From Leptogorgia sarmentosa (taxonomy: Eukaryota): a stretch of DNA of 64,000 bases. The stretch is taken from assembly GCA_964658305.1 (NCBI GenBank), contig OZ210885.1:3038001-3102000 (forward strand). Reading direction: 5' to 3'. Each line of letters opens with the position of its first letter. Within the stretch, counting starts at the first letter, position 1. The notes under the pieces were generated by a model. That model was not told where the DNA came from and ran no database searches. It was given only the letters and a program-made list of their open reading frames with translations. This document shows positions 53,301-63,400 of this stretch, piece after piece. Position numbers and translations under genes: made by a program.

Positions 53301-56217
53301 TATACCATGACTTGTCCATTGTTTCGTTGAAAGAATTTAGATCGTAACCTTTATTTATATTGCTTCCGTTGCTCGTTTGTGTATTTCCTCCGAAAACAGA
53401 ACGTAATTATAGCAAATAATTAAGTTTAGCCCTCAGCATAATTTTATTAAAAACAAAACTTCAGCTGCATTCCACTAATAAGAGCTTCAGAATTGCTATT
53501 GCAGTCACCTCTTTTAAGCTCATTTATGTGAGCACATGCAGTTTTAATTAAGATGTGACAGGATCAAATTTATTTTTGAATTGTAGAATATTAAAAACGT
53601 GTTAATAATGTAAATAATTGATTGTAAGAAGCCAAGTGATTGGCGGTTTAAGATTATTCTGAATTAAATTCTTGTGTTCCTGATGGTCAAAAAATGATTA
53701 ATAATATATTCTTCGGCCCGGTTTACAGTGTTGAAGATTCTGTAATCAAAGTTGCAATTTTGAATTATTAATTCGAGCAAACTTAAATCAGTCATTATAT
53801 TTAGTCTGCTTTCTCGACGATTTCTTACAAATTCTGCGTAATTTACAATTCACCAATGCAAAATTATTACTTTCCTCACAGAAACTTTGAGTGTAACAGT
53901 GTAAACCGTCCTTTAGCATTTTTGTCATATTCAGCAAGCTAGAAATCATATGATGAACTCATACAAATTCACACAATATCTGATCGTATAACGATGCACA
54001 TAAAATTTATGTAAATTATATAGTCGTATTATTTTGCTAACTATTTTTTTAAATTTAGTTATTTTCTAATTATTTACTAGAAAAAAATGGGGTTGATTTT
54101 TGAGTTCATAGACACTTTAAATGTTTGAATTCATAGTTTTTGCAATAAGTTAGACACTTTGAATTCATAGTTTTTGCAATAAGTTATGTTACCAATTTTG
54201 CAATTATTATATGTAATTTTTGAAAGGACGGATTTGAAATAGCATTATCTGTGGAGACCCACAACTTGACTAATGTTGGAATAGTTTCAATAACAGTTTT
54301 TATAGTAATTTTTTTCTCTCTTTTCTATCTCAACAGTCGCCATTAGTACACTATGCCCAGGAGCAAGCATATTGCGAAGCTGAGTTTACGTTGCTCAAGA
54401 AACAACGCAGAGAACTCGAAGAATCTATGGAGGAAGTCCGTCACAGGTAAATTATTAGCAAGGCTCAGACATTGAACTCTAAATAACCTGGAATGATAAC
54501 TTGGCCACCATCTTTGAAGCCACACATGAGTGGTTTTTTTGTAGAAAATTTGTATAGGAAATTACACGGTTCGAGAAGTATTAATGAAAAATTGCACGCG
54601 TGTTTTATTAATATCATTGTAGTACACGTTCACTAAACTTTTTTGTCCAAAGTTGACAATAAATGACAAAAAAAGTTAACAAGAATTTTAGCGTTGATAA
54701 AAATTGTTTTCTGTAGAAATATACAGCAAACAAAAAGAAAATCGAGCAAAAGAAGACGCGCGAACATTGTTTGTGTTTTTGTGGTTTCGGACTTCCTAGA
54801 AAGAAGTCGAGACTATTTTACCATCCTTTAAACAGAAAAAGCACCAGCGCTTTTTATAATGTACTTTCAAGCTTGCGGAAACGTAATTTTTTAGGTAAAA
54901 AAAAAAAAAAAATTAAGTGTGTAAGTATGACCAATCGCTGGAGTTTTGAGGCCGCCATCTTGGCTTCAAGCAAGTATGCATGGGCATGTTTATGTGAAGA
55001 TGTCATTCCAGATTACTTAAGGTCCTGTTGTTACACGATGCAATTTTTCTTGCAACTTGCAATGCAATTCTACTCTTAAGAGATGTAAATTAGTGAAGAT
55101 TGTTCGATTTGTAAAATAATCTCGAATTCTAAAGAATCATTGGGAAAATGAGATAAAAACTCGTACTTGCAAATTCACATCTCTCAACAGTAGAATTGCG
55201 TTGCAAGTTGCAAGAAAAATTGCATCGTGTAACAGGGCCTTTATAGTTCAGTGGGTTCAGATTTGACTTCCAGTACCGCTAAAGGAACATGAACCAATAA
55301 GACGTGTTAAGTCTATCCAGTTAACCAATCACAATCGCAATAGGTCAGTGAAAGATACCAGTCGGTTCAGTTTCAGAAAATATCGAACTAGTTGAGAGTA
55401 GTACTGGACCTGACAGGCGAAAGCAAGCATTTGCTCTTAGTTACGGGCAAATGAAGCCCCAGACAAATTGAAGTCCCCCTGAATATTGACACAGGCTGTC
55501 AATATTGTCAATTTTAGTGAGTTTGATATTTATATCATGCACATTCTCTTTGATACAGAGAGGAACAAGCTGCGGAACAAGTTGACCTGTTGAAAGAAGA
55601 GGTTCGAAAACTGGAACGCAATTGGTATGTTAACTCAGAAAATATTACATAAGCAGTAAAAATTCATTATTGTAAAAGGGGCGGGGGAGGGGGCAGACGA
55701 ACTTGGAATTGTGATGCTGACATTGAAAATTATAATCCACACGAGCCTAGTAACAGCTGGTAGATGCATCTTTAATTTCTCATGCTGATACTGAACAAAA
55801 CTCGCCCCAGCGACTTACTCAATTTTAGCATTATAACATATTTAAAAAATTTCGAATTATGTGAAGCAATTTATTGTTTCCTCTCATGTTTTTAGTTCGC
55901 GTGAAAATGCTAATTTGGAGTACCTAAAGAACGTGATTTTGCGATATCTTTTAACAAACAGCGAATCAGTTCGACAGCAAATGGTGGCTGCTATTTCGAC
56001 AATTTTGGAATTTAGTCCACAAGAAGTAAGAAAGTTTAAACTTTGTTGAAGTTATTAGTAGACCAATGGATAAATGAAAAAAACCACACCCTTTGTGTAA
56101 AGCATCACAGTTGGATATTTAAATAAATTTTTATATTCATGACATTACTAATTTTGCGTTATTTATCAGGTGTCGAGAGTAAAACAAACCGCCAGGGGAT
56201 GGTGGGGGAGGAGCTGA
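32391..56217 (+). CDS. GCC1: GRIP and coiled-coil domain-containing protein 1 (golgin GCC88), ~695 aa, 12 exons
   Basis: Exons 32391-32475, 34022-34221, 34629-34769, 35842-35931, 36435-36627, 37518-37718, 38090-38344, 38809-39377, 54337-54446, 55559-55624, 55896-56025, 56170-56217 (2088 nt, phases consistent). N-terminus SKKELLAVVERQ...YEARLRDVVQAYKGLQKEKSALEKSL and C-terminal GRIP domain SRENANLEYLKNVILRYL...AAISTILEFSPQE...GWW are characteristic of GCC1. Confidence 0.92.
32874..32981. repeat. Hairpin repeat in GCC1 intron 1
   Basis: ggtctgtactgtgaaatatcagacc ... ggtatgatatttcacagtacagacc. Confidence 0.6.
36639..37358. mobile_element. PIF/Harbinger-like MITE rich in caacat/atgttg repeats, interrupted by a fold-back SINE-like insertion
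   Basis: tta|aggcttgctcagacgaagc ... gcttcgtttgcacaggcct|tta. Confidence 0.6.
36674..37048. mobile_element. Fold-back element of two divergent tRNA-derived arms, flanked by a 12-bp direct repeat
   Basis: ~125-bp inverted arms with cagttggtagagca and ggttcgattccc boxes; atcatccaacat at 36662-36673 and 37049-37060. Confidence 0.7.
37385..37464. mobile_element. 80-bp mini-element, 21-bp perfect TIRs, 9-bp TSD
   Basis: cacctgctc|caacctcgtacccagggtctt ... aagaccctgggtacgaggttg|cacctgctc. Confidence 0.85.
40497..40958 (+). CDS. Hypothetical 153-aa ORF nested in GCC1 intron 8 (sense strand)
   Basis: Open frame in otherwise AT-rich intron, preceded by acceptor-like ttcagcag; Ser/Glu/Lys-rich C-half with basic clusters KRSR...KRMKK. 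No homology recognised. Confidence 0.3.
   Translation: MECKHGDLTEFSKMCALVACNNSKFGDRFFAFDSSQDHWETARYVHHFVSDQLHQSPSGESPETSSSKRSREISDEAPEQKRMKKVNDKSTFEDSATDYGSETARACELANTCHENKTGSELENMPHESTSVSEKPSSADSSKLDLDVHHSIM
42043..42456. mobile_element. PIF/Harbinger-like MITE, 414 bp, perfect 57-bp TIRs, TAA TSD
   Basis: taa|gggcctgtttatatggaggcgagttacccggttgaccgagttactcgctttgccggg ... exact reverse complement 42400-42456|taa. Confidence 0.9.
43203..44072 (-). CDS. Single-exon rhodopsin-family (class A) orphan GPCR, copy 1, 289 aa
   Basis: Seven hydrophobic segments; TM1 GN, TM2 LAICD, TM3 SVFRY, TM7 NPLIYG. Start set at MDTTAY by alignment with paralogs. Confidence 0.9.
   Translation of the reverse strand: MDTTAYIFICCSFLILAFGIIGNILVVLSIGRGKSVLKNNYYFLVLHLAICDLGTMILYIAGSINNHSNLFCLGACLGYLFRVAGIGIMLVISVFRYRATVHPLKPAITRRKVKIVCGLVYSVSFILGYGASVPACFISKGNVVVYKNTLFGYFASCFYFLPSIFMAVVYFKIGRALVKQRKDIKNACSNSVSAAPSSPLNTQRFLRNRKAFFVCLITVVCYGVGSLTFSLLFIMDMSGEYNVIKRARFSYLAHIVRVAGCHAVNPLIYGVLDKKLLKFWKLCRQRKHS
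44168..44189 (-). promoter_or_regulatory. Conserved upstream module (E-box + CCAAT) of the GPCR cluster, copy 1; equivalents at 47188, 48777, 50866, 53462
   Basis: cagctgtattccaccaataaga or a close variant lies 64-143 bp upstream of each of the five ATGs. Regulatory role is inference. Confidence 0.45.
46207..47088 (-). CDS. Single-exon class A orphan GPCR, copy 2, 293 aa
   Basis: Same 7TM motifs (GNILVV, LHLAICD, SVFRYRATVHPL, NPFIYG); its 5' flank is nearly identical to that of copy 1. Confidence 0.9.
   Translation of the reverse strand: MDTTAYIYTYCSFLIVAFGTIGNILVVLSILRQKSMLKNNYYFLVLHLAICDLGALIFYIAETVEKYLSGDKSIMLYCLGIRMGYFFSVGGISIMLVISVFRYRATVHPLKPAITRRKVKIVCGLVYSVSFILGYGASLPSCLISKKDVLNVYGKLYSGYTICCFFLSPTIFMAVLYYKIGRALVKQSKDLKNVCSNAPSSPLNTQRFVRNRKAFFVCLITVVCYGVGNIPISVWFIRRIAGEDNASAKYVWFWYFLVIARVVGCHAANPFIYGILDKKLLTFWKFCRQRKNS
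47767..48660 (-). CDS. Single-exon class A orphan GPCR, copy 3, 297 aa
   Basis: Same 7TM motifs; start MDKTSY aligned with paralogs. Confidence 0.9.
   Translation of the reverse strand: MDKTSYIYIFCNVLIVAFGIIGNILVVLSILRGKSVLRNNYYFLVLHLAICDVGALILYSAEIINDYLSDYSSILFLCFGIKAGYWFSVAGIGIMLVISVFRYRATVHPLKPAITRRKVKIVCGLVYSVSFILGFGASLPACFISTKDVANVYNKTLTAHVIICFYFFPTIFMAVLYYKIGRALVKQSQDIKNVCSNSVRAAPSSPLNTQIFLRNRKAFFVCLITVVCYGVANIPISVWFIMKMSGECTVLIKYALFLYLAIIVRVIGCHAANPFIYGILDKKLLKFWSFCCKKKDR
49876..50802 (-). CDS. Single-exon class A orphan GPCR, copy 4, 308 aa
   Basis: Same 7TM motifs; start MDKTWY; longer C-terminal tail. Confidence 0.9.
   Translation of the reverse strand: MDKTWYIYACCVTLSVAFGIIGNILVVLSILKQKSVLKNNYYFLVLHLAICDLGALLYYSAEIINRFLSDSLMLFLCLGIKIGYLFWLAGIGIMLVISVFRYRATVHPLKPAITRRKVKIVCGLVYSVSFILGYGASLPSCLISRKDVAIVYENFHSAYIMSSSYFFPTIFMAVLYYKIGRALVKQSRDIKNVCSSSVNAAPSSRLNTQRFLRNRKAFFVSLMTVLSYGVGNIPISVSLIMKMAGDDDIFMKQAWFWFLASIVRVVGCHAANPFIYGILDKKLLTFWKFCCPTKQRNTNKNRTVHTTK
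51947..52143. repeat. Inverted repeat enclosing degenerate (TAACCC)-like units
   Basis: cactcggacatccgccaaaagtaggtt ... aacctactttcgcaggatgtccgagtg with internal accctaaccc/ctaaccc units. Confidence 0.6.
52426..53319 (-). CDS. Single-exon class A orphan GPCR, copy 5, 297 aa
   Basis: Same 7TM motifs; start MDKSWY. Confidence 0.9.
   Translation of the reverse strand: MDKSWYIYVCCVTLSVAFGIIGNILVVLSILRGKSVLKNNYYFLVLHLAICDVGGLLYYSAEVINTLLSESSILFLCLGIKIGHLFRVAGIGIMLVISVFRYRATVHPLKPAITRWKVKIVCGLVYIVGFILGFGVSLPSCLTSKDVAFVYENFRSGYAIICFYFFPTIFMAVLYYKIGRALVKQSQDIKNVCSNSVSAASSSPLNTQIFLRNRKAFFICLITVVCYGVGNIPTSVWFIMKMSGEYDALIKHVWFSFLALSVRVVGCHAVNPFIYGILDKKLLRFWKFCHQKNNSLL
55020..55240. mobile_element. PIF/Harbinger-like MITE with ~65-bp TIRs, TTA TSD; partial copy at ~21740-21893
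   Basis: tta|aggtcctgttgttacacgatgcaatttttcttgcaacttgcaa ... ttgcaagttgcaagaaaaattgcatcgtgtaacagggcct|tta. Confidence 0.75.
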
Positions 56218-57458
56218 GATTCGAAGATTGGAACTATTATCATCCTAACTTCCAGTGCCGCTGCTAGTATTTATTTGCGAAAACCGAAAGACCTAACTAC
56301 AGTTTGAGCCATCGCCCGCTCAAAGGGGGCCCTGACTACTCCAACCAGGAAGACAACAGACATGTGTACACTGTTTTGGAAATTATGAGCGTTTGTATTT
56401 TTATAGTGTGAAATATAATGAAAGAAATGCGATGTGAAAATTCTAATAGATTTTTGTACTTATCAAAACGTTTTCAAAAAGAAAAAGTTGAATTTCATTG
56501 CCAATACTTGATGCGCAATGTGTTGGCGGCTATTATGAAACTTATTACGAGGAACAAAAATTGAGAACCCTGAAATTCTATCTTGTAGTATCAGAAAGCG
56601 TTAGAGGGGCGGAGCGATTCTCCCCCGGGGAAATGAGGTTTTGGAAATGGCAAAATCATACAGTCTGGGAGTCAGTGTTGCCACAAATCGTGAATAAATA
56701 AGCCAAACATTAAACAATGCTCAAGTTTTTCTTTGTGTTTTCATTGTTTTTTGAAGGTATTATAATGACGGTTTGGCTAATTTATTCATGCTTTCTGGCA
56801 ACCCTGTCTGAGAGGGTATTTTGGCACGTGATACGATGTTTCCACATATGTCTTATGGAAATCTACGATTATATCTGACACCCTAGTAGCTTCTGCGCTT
56901 CGAAACAAAGCAAACACGCTCGGGTACTGATATTTTATAATTTATGATTGGCAACCACTTTACAATTGGCGAAATCACAGACATTGATAGTCAGTTGAAA
57001 CACATTCTTGATGTATTATTACTACGCTATATTTTGGGCAATTTATATCATGCAATTACTACGACGCTGTCATACAAGGGTGTATAAAAAAGACTACCCT
57101 TTCAAATTCAAATTAGCCATAATTACAGTGACCTGATTGTTCTGAACTGAGTTGATGAAATAAAATAAGAAATGTCCAAGAAATGTCCCATAAGTAGAAG
57201 ATCTTTTGTTCCAAGACTCGCTAAATGATTCTAAGAAGTTATGCAGATAAATAAATTTGAATTTCAAAGACTAGCCTTTTTTCCGAATACTGGGGCATTA
57301 TAAATTCTAATCACGACGGATTATTCCATTGTCTATCTATAAAGGCATGTTAAAATGTATTTATAAAAATACGTCTGGCTGTAAGACACCAGTCTTCCGC
57401 GATGTTCGGCTGTGTGAAAGGTATTCACAAACGTATCACCAAAGTAATTAAGCGTCCT

Positions 57459-60400
57459 TTACAATTGATTATTCAACACTTCACAAAGATGAGATGAAAC
57501 TGCAGGCTTTGGAGTACGAATAGTAAGACGATACATCTAAAAAACAGACGAAAATCAATACACTAAAATCAAATAAAATCAGTACACTAAAAAATCAAAT
57601 CAAATCAGTACACTAAAAAAACTGAAACCAGAAGTAGAAAACTTCTTCCTTTTTGGGAATCAGGAATGAATGAATAATAAACATTGCATCGGATTGGACT
57701 CTCTTTTCCATTATTTATTATACACGTCACCGGGCAAAAAAAGTTTGATATGTACTACATCAACTATTTATCGTAGGATTCAAGTTGAAACAGAAAATTG
57801 GAACCAAAAGCCCATTCGCGGGTTAACTTTGTTCCTATCCGGTCCGACCACATGGCCTTTAGAGGTAGTTACATGAGTCCAAATCGAGTTTTTCGATCCA
57901 TGTCGCATTCAATTAATGTTTATATTGGGATTTGACGATTGAAAACACGCATTAGTTGCTCGGGTACAGTTCTCCCGGTCGTAGCGCTCATTCCAGAGTT
58001 AATTAAACCTCCATCCAGAATAAAAATCGGAATTCAATCCGGAATAAGTCGTATCTTTTAATCGGCATTCAAACAAATCTAATCCAGTGCCCCGTAATTT
58101 CAACAGAAACAGAGTTCGATCCGTAATACGACTCAATTCGGATTCATGAAAACACCCCATTTTGGAGACAGCAAAAAGTGTCATTGTCATTGACAACAAA
58201 AACAATATGTGCAGTTTTAGTATAAATTTTCAGGTAACTATAACATTTCCTGCAATCTGATTGGTCCAGAGTGACCTTCTCTGAACTTTTTCATTTTTTA
58301 AAATTCAAAATGGCCGCTCGGTTTGCTGAAGTTTCGCAGGAAGAAACTGAGGAAATTAAACAAGAAAGCATCCCCAACAAACCAAACAAGCGACAAAATA
58401 TGGTTTAAAAATCTTTCAAGGTAAAATATTTTATCTAGTGTTATTTTTATATCACACAAAACTGGCTGTTTTTCACTAGCAAAGTGGTGATATGAGCGTG
58501 AATTATTTTATGTAAACAAACTATAAGCAAAGTAAACAAACTTGAATTTCTACTTAAAAGACAGTTTGAATCAAATCACTTTGACCTGGAGATTTATACT
58601 AAAACAATTAGTCGCCTCAGGCTCGGTGATGACAAGCCTATATTCATGTAGCATCTCCGCTTTTCATTTAAGAAAAAAGCTGAGAATTTGTGAGAGAGCA
58701 TTTGAAGTAGAAATCTGGTATAAATGGTTATCTTTATTGCGTGAATTAGCAGATTTTCTGGCGAAATTAACATCGCAACAGTCGCTTGGATGTTTCCATC
58801 ATATCTTACTTCTGTACGAGCTTTTTAATCGTACAGTTTATGTGGCATTTCAAAATATGACCTAAAATTTCGTATGTTCGGTGGAATCAAGACAAAATTC
58901 AAAATACTCACTTGTGTAGACCTATTTGGTTCCAAGCGGATAAGTACCCCAACTTGTGTCACCTTGGTTCCTATTATACCAGCACAAACATAGTTCTCTG
59001 GATTCGGGTCCACATTTTCCAAGACGCCACAGCCAAATCCAATAAGCTACAATAAAATTACAAAAGAGAACCTTCAAAAACTCATCAATTCTATTTGACT
59101 AAAAGGACATTATTTTTGTAATTCAACCTTTGCCATCACAAATAATATATACCAAAAAATCATCCATTGTAATTAGAAAGGCACATTTTTTGAAATTCAA
59201 CTTTGTAATCACAAATAATAATATACATTAAAAAAATCATCCATTTTAATTCGAAAAGGACATTATTTTTTCTGAAATTCAACCTTTGTCATCACAAACA
59301 ATAATATACATTAAAAAAATCGTCCATTTTAATTCGAAAAGGACATTATTTTTTCTGAAATTCAACTTTTGTCATCACAAATAATAATATACATTTAAAA
59401 ATCGTCCATTCTAATTAGAAAAGGACATTAATTTTCGAAATTCAAAGAGCAGCGGTTAAAGACTAAGCGAAAATCAACATAACGATACGTCCTCGCAGGG
59501 GCTAGTTGTTCGTGTAGCCCGCTTATATAACAATTACCGTGTCCTACCTTTGTTTTAACTGCTTCAGGATCCATTGGGAACGCTGCTTGAAATACATTTT
59601 GTGACTCTTGCCCAGGACTGTTAGAAAACATGTTTATTAGACATAAAAAATACTAGAAATATAAAGATCGTACACATCAAAAACTTTGAATATCTATATA
59701 GGAGGGCAGCGAAAATTCTACCAGTGGATTTATTGACCTTTTGTACAATTTTTGTACAATTTTTTTATACAATTTAAAAAGGGGAGACCAATTTTTGTTG
59801 CATGAACACTTTTTAGGTTGCGAAATACCACAAAAGCCGCCAAACCAACAATTACATTTACAAACACTGTATAATTGTTCGGCATTCAATGACGGGAGCA
59901 AGCATAATTAATATGTATTCAGGATGCTGTATAATGCCTTCAAATGTGTTACGGGTAAATCAACATAATTTTATGGCACTTCTCTCGATGTGAGATTTTC
60001 TGAAGGGCTCGTGTGTAGTGTGGCATTGTAGTAGCAAGTGAAAATTACACATGCATATGTTGAAATTCCTACCGGGAACGGATGAGAAAAATTCATGAAC
60101 TATATAAGACCCGAAGGAACTTACGCCCATAATTTCCCGCATTATGTGAAGTCCCAAACCATAGAGTATATATCAGACAGAGGTCTAACTAAATATTAAA
60201 GTTTGATCAACTACGCATGCTCTGCAAGTTCAAATTTGGTCCTCATCCAATCAGATGCACGCATCAAGTAACTTGCCGAGCATGCGCACAGAAAAAGTGG
60301 GTATACGTACAACAGTTAGACCTCTGCATGTAATTCCTCTGTGCCCATACAGTCATATTGAAAATGTTTTCATGTGTCGTGCCTCGGTACTTACGCGGAT

Positions 60401-63400
60401 AGTTGTTTCCAGCGAGAAAAGAAGTCCTGCGCAGCCATGGAGGAAGGTTTGAAAAACTTGTTGAGAAAGATTGGCAATTTTAACGTTATCCTCTGATTTA
60501 TTCCATTCACACTGAAAGTAAAGAAATCTATAAGTCATACACGTTGAAATTTTGTAAAAGATGTTAAATACATTCGTACATGGAAACTACTTACGTAAAC
60601 GATATATCTAATACAGGTTGTTCTGTAAAATCATTGTCACACTCGACGCTGACTTGTTGTTGAATTTGAGCACCTCCTTCCACTGTTTGGGCAACTGGCT
60701 TAAGTTCAATTTTTAACTGTACGAAGATGTTAAGGAAAATCTCATTTCTGCTTTTAAAATCAAGAAACAAAAGCAAGAATACTACTGTAAACTAAACTAC
60801 TACTTATAAACAAAATAACACTCAGAACAGACGGCAGTCAAACTATAATTTCCTCGAAATCAAAGGATATTATCTGTAAGTTCGCCAGGAAGATGTAATG
60901 TGCTTCGCCAACCAGCGAACTGGGAGGAAGTCTTGTTGCCATAAAACAATCCCAGTCGACCTGAAATTACGAAAACGTGAAATATTTTAAGGCCTGATTC
61001 CACAGGCGATATTTCTTGGCGAAATGCGGAAATTTCCGCGCGAAATAATTGTACGCATGCGTGATAAATGCAAATAAGATCTCTCTTCGAAAAAATTTCG
61101 CCTCACTAGTGAGTAGAAGTCGGTTCTACTCACTGCGAATGCGAAAAATGTGGGAGAATTCAATAGAATCGTTCATGTGCAACCATCCGCATTTCGCAGA
61201 CACAATTTCTCGCGAAAGATTTCGCCGTCGTGGATCAGACCTTTATATGCAGTATTTGCAACGACACGAGACCAGTAGCACGAATGCGAGTTTTCCCTGA
61301 AGTCTCGCTTTGATGTAAAGAGAACGTATTGCGTCATTGCGAGGCTTGGTGTGAGGACAATAGCCTTATGGGAAACTCGCATACTTTGTGCTACTTTTAG
61401 GTTTCATGTGATGTCATGTATTGGGCGTGGTCAACTCTGAGAAACATGGTCATCGGAGTAAATTAAATGTTCACCGTTTGTGTTGGCCTTGAAAATATAT
61501 GCAATATTTTGAATCATTCGCTCAATCTCTCGTGCAGCATAATCGTCTATACACTTCATTAATACAAAATAACAACATACCAAAATAATCTTTATACTCG
61601 GACTTCAATCCAATTTGTAGAATGTCATTCTCAAATACAACACCGGTGTTCTTGCAGACAAATCTGAAGATAAGAACGTGTTAATTCAGGGGTTTTATTT
61701 CAGGAAACGTCGTGAAAGTTCAGCTCTGTTGTAGAAGTGCACGTCAGTTTAGCCTCGTTTTCATTCGAAAGAGTAACTATATTTTTGTGACGAAATTTTT
61801 GTCAGCGGCTGTCAAATATACGAGTGGAAAAGGGTTTTATGAGGAAAGCAAGCTAGCAAAATAAACTACTGGGGGCAGTTGTTTAAAAGCCGGTTGGTTT
61901 AACCTTGGTCAGAACAATTTTTTCAATGGTTTGTTTATGAATTTAGAGATATTTCTTCAGAAATCTTGTCCAGATAAATAAGAGTTTTCTTTCATAAACA
62001 GGCGTGTAGAAATACACAAACCAAAACACTGGGTTAAATTTTAACACAGGGTTAGCGCTAACCTAGCTTTGAACAACTGGCCCCTGCAGTTTAAAGGCCC
62101 GTTCACACGAGAGCGATTTTGGTGCGATTTCTGGTTTTCTCCTTTCGACTCATGTGAACGAGTAAGCAAATCTCGAAAGTTCAGGCGAGGAAGCACGCAC
62201 TCAGCACATTTGTTATTAACCCTCTCGTTTGCTTTTGAACAACTAGCTTTGAACAAATGGCCCCTGGCTTATTATAAACGCCTTGGAGTTGGCCAAATTT
62301 GCAAACATGCATATCTTCACAGCTCACACTAATTCACACCATGAATACAACTTACTTTTTAAGATTATCCTCAGCGCCAGGCGACAGTGTTGTTGGTGCA
62401 CTACTGTGAACTGTACTCGAACTTGTTTCAAACACATCAACCAGTAAACCAGCACTGGCATTATTCTGTACCACGGGTGGGGGACTTTGGTTATTAATTA
62501 CCACAGGAATAGCCGCTGGTTCTGCAGCGGGCGCAGGTGCAGGATCTGGGCTGGTATGACCGTTTATTGTAGGCTTGCCAGGTTCGACCACTTCTTCCTC
62601 AGGGATGCCGGCTGCCAGCGCTTTTTTCTTTTTCAATTTTGCTAAAAGTGAACTTTCTCGCTCTGGGAATGGAGGCATTTCTTCCAGGACGGTCGCCTGA
62701 GAAATACAAAGTTTGATACAGTCGGTAAAAGCCATCGCTGTAGCAGTTTACAAATAACAAGCCTAGTTTACAGGGCCCGCTTGTATCTGTTAGCTTAAAC
62801 GGTGGATAAGCAAAATTTTAAAAGCACTCCTATTCGTTTTGTAAATAATTGAACCTAAATTTTATCAACTAAATGTGTACCTCTAAGCATAGTTGTCACG
62901 TTCAGACAGAAAAGTTTAGTTTCCTTATAGTCTATAGTTTATAAACTTGTTCGATATTTTTGACTTATCCACCGTTTAAGCTAAACGCCTTTGATACAAC
63001 TGGCCCCAGCCCTATAAGCCTGAAATCCGCTTTTTACTGAGCGACGTTTTTTCCCGCGAAGAATCAAAACGTGAACGTGATTGGGCATTGAGGTCGTAAG
63101 TGATTGTCGCCAGCCAATCAAATTGCTGTATATTCTCTGTTCGCGTGAACATATTCGCCTAGTGGGAAGCAAGGCCTTGTGGAAAGGTTTTCCTATGAAG
63201 TCAGACCTCGGTATGCGCCAATACTACGATTCCGTGGGAAAATAACGAGACTTTACAAACTTCAAACTTTCTCATTTTGACACATTTATACAGACTACTT
63301 CAATTTTCTTAAAATATTTCTCCCCTCCACACATTAAAAATGCTGCGTGGATCTTTTTGAGCAAACCAGGTGACGTGATGTGGTTGTTACAACATTATTT

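Noticed and set aside
59101..59428. ~80-bp periodic repeat as a CRISPR array
   Set aside because: The whole unit is repeated with no unique spacers; an ordinary intronic minisatellite.
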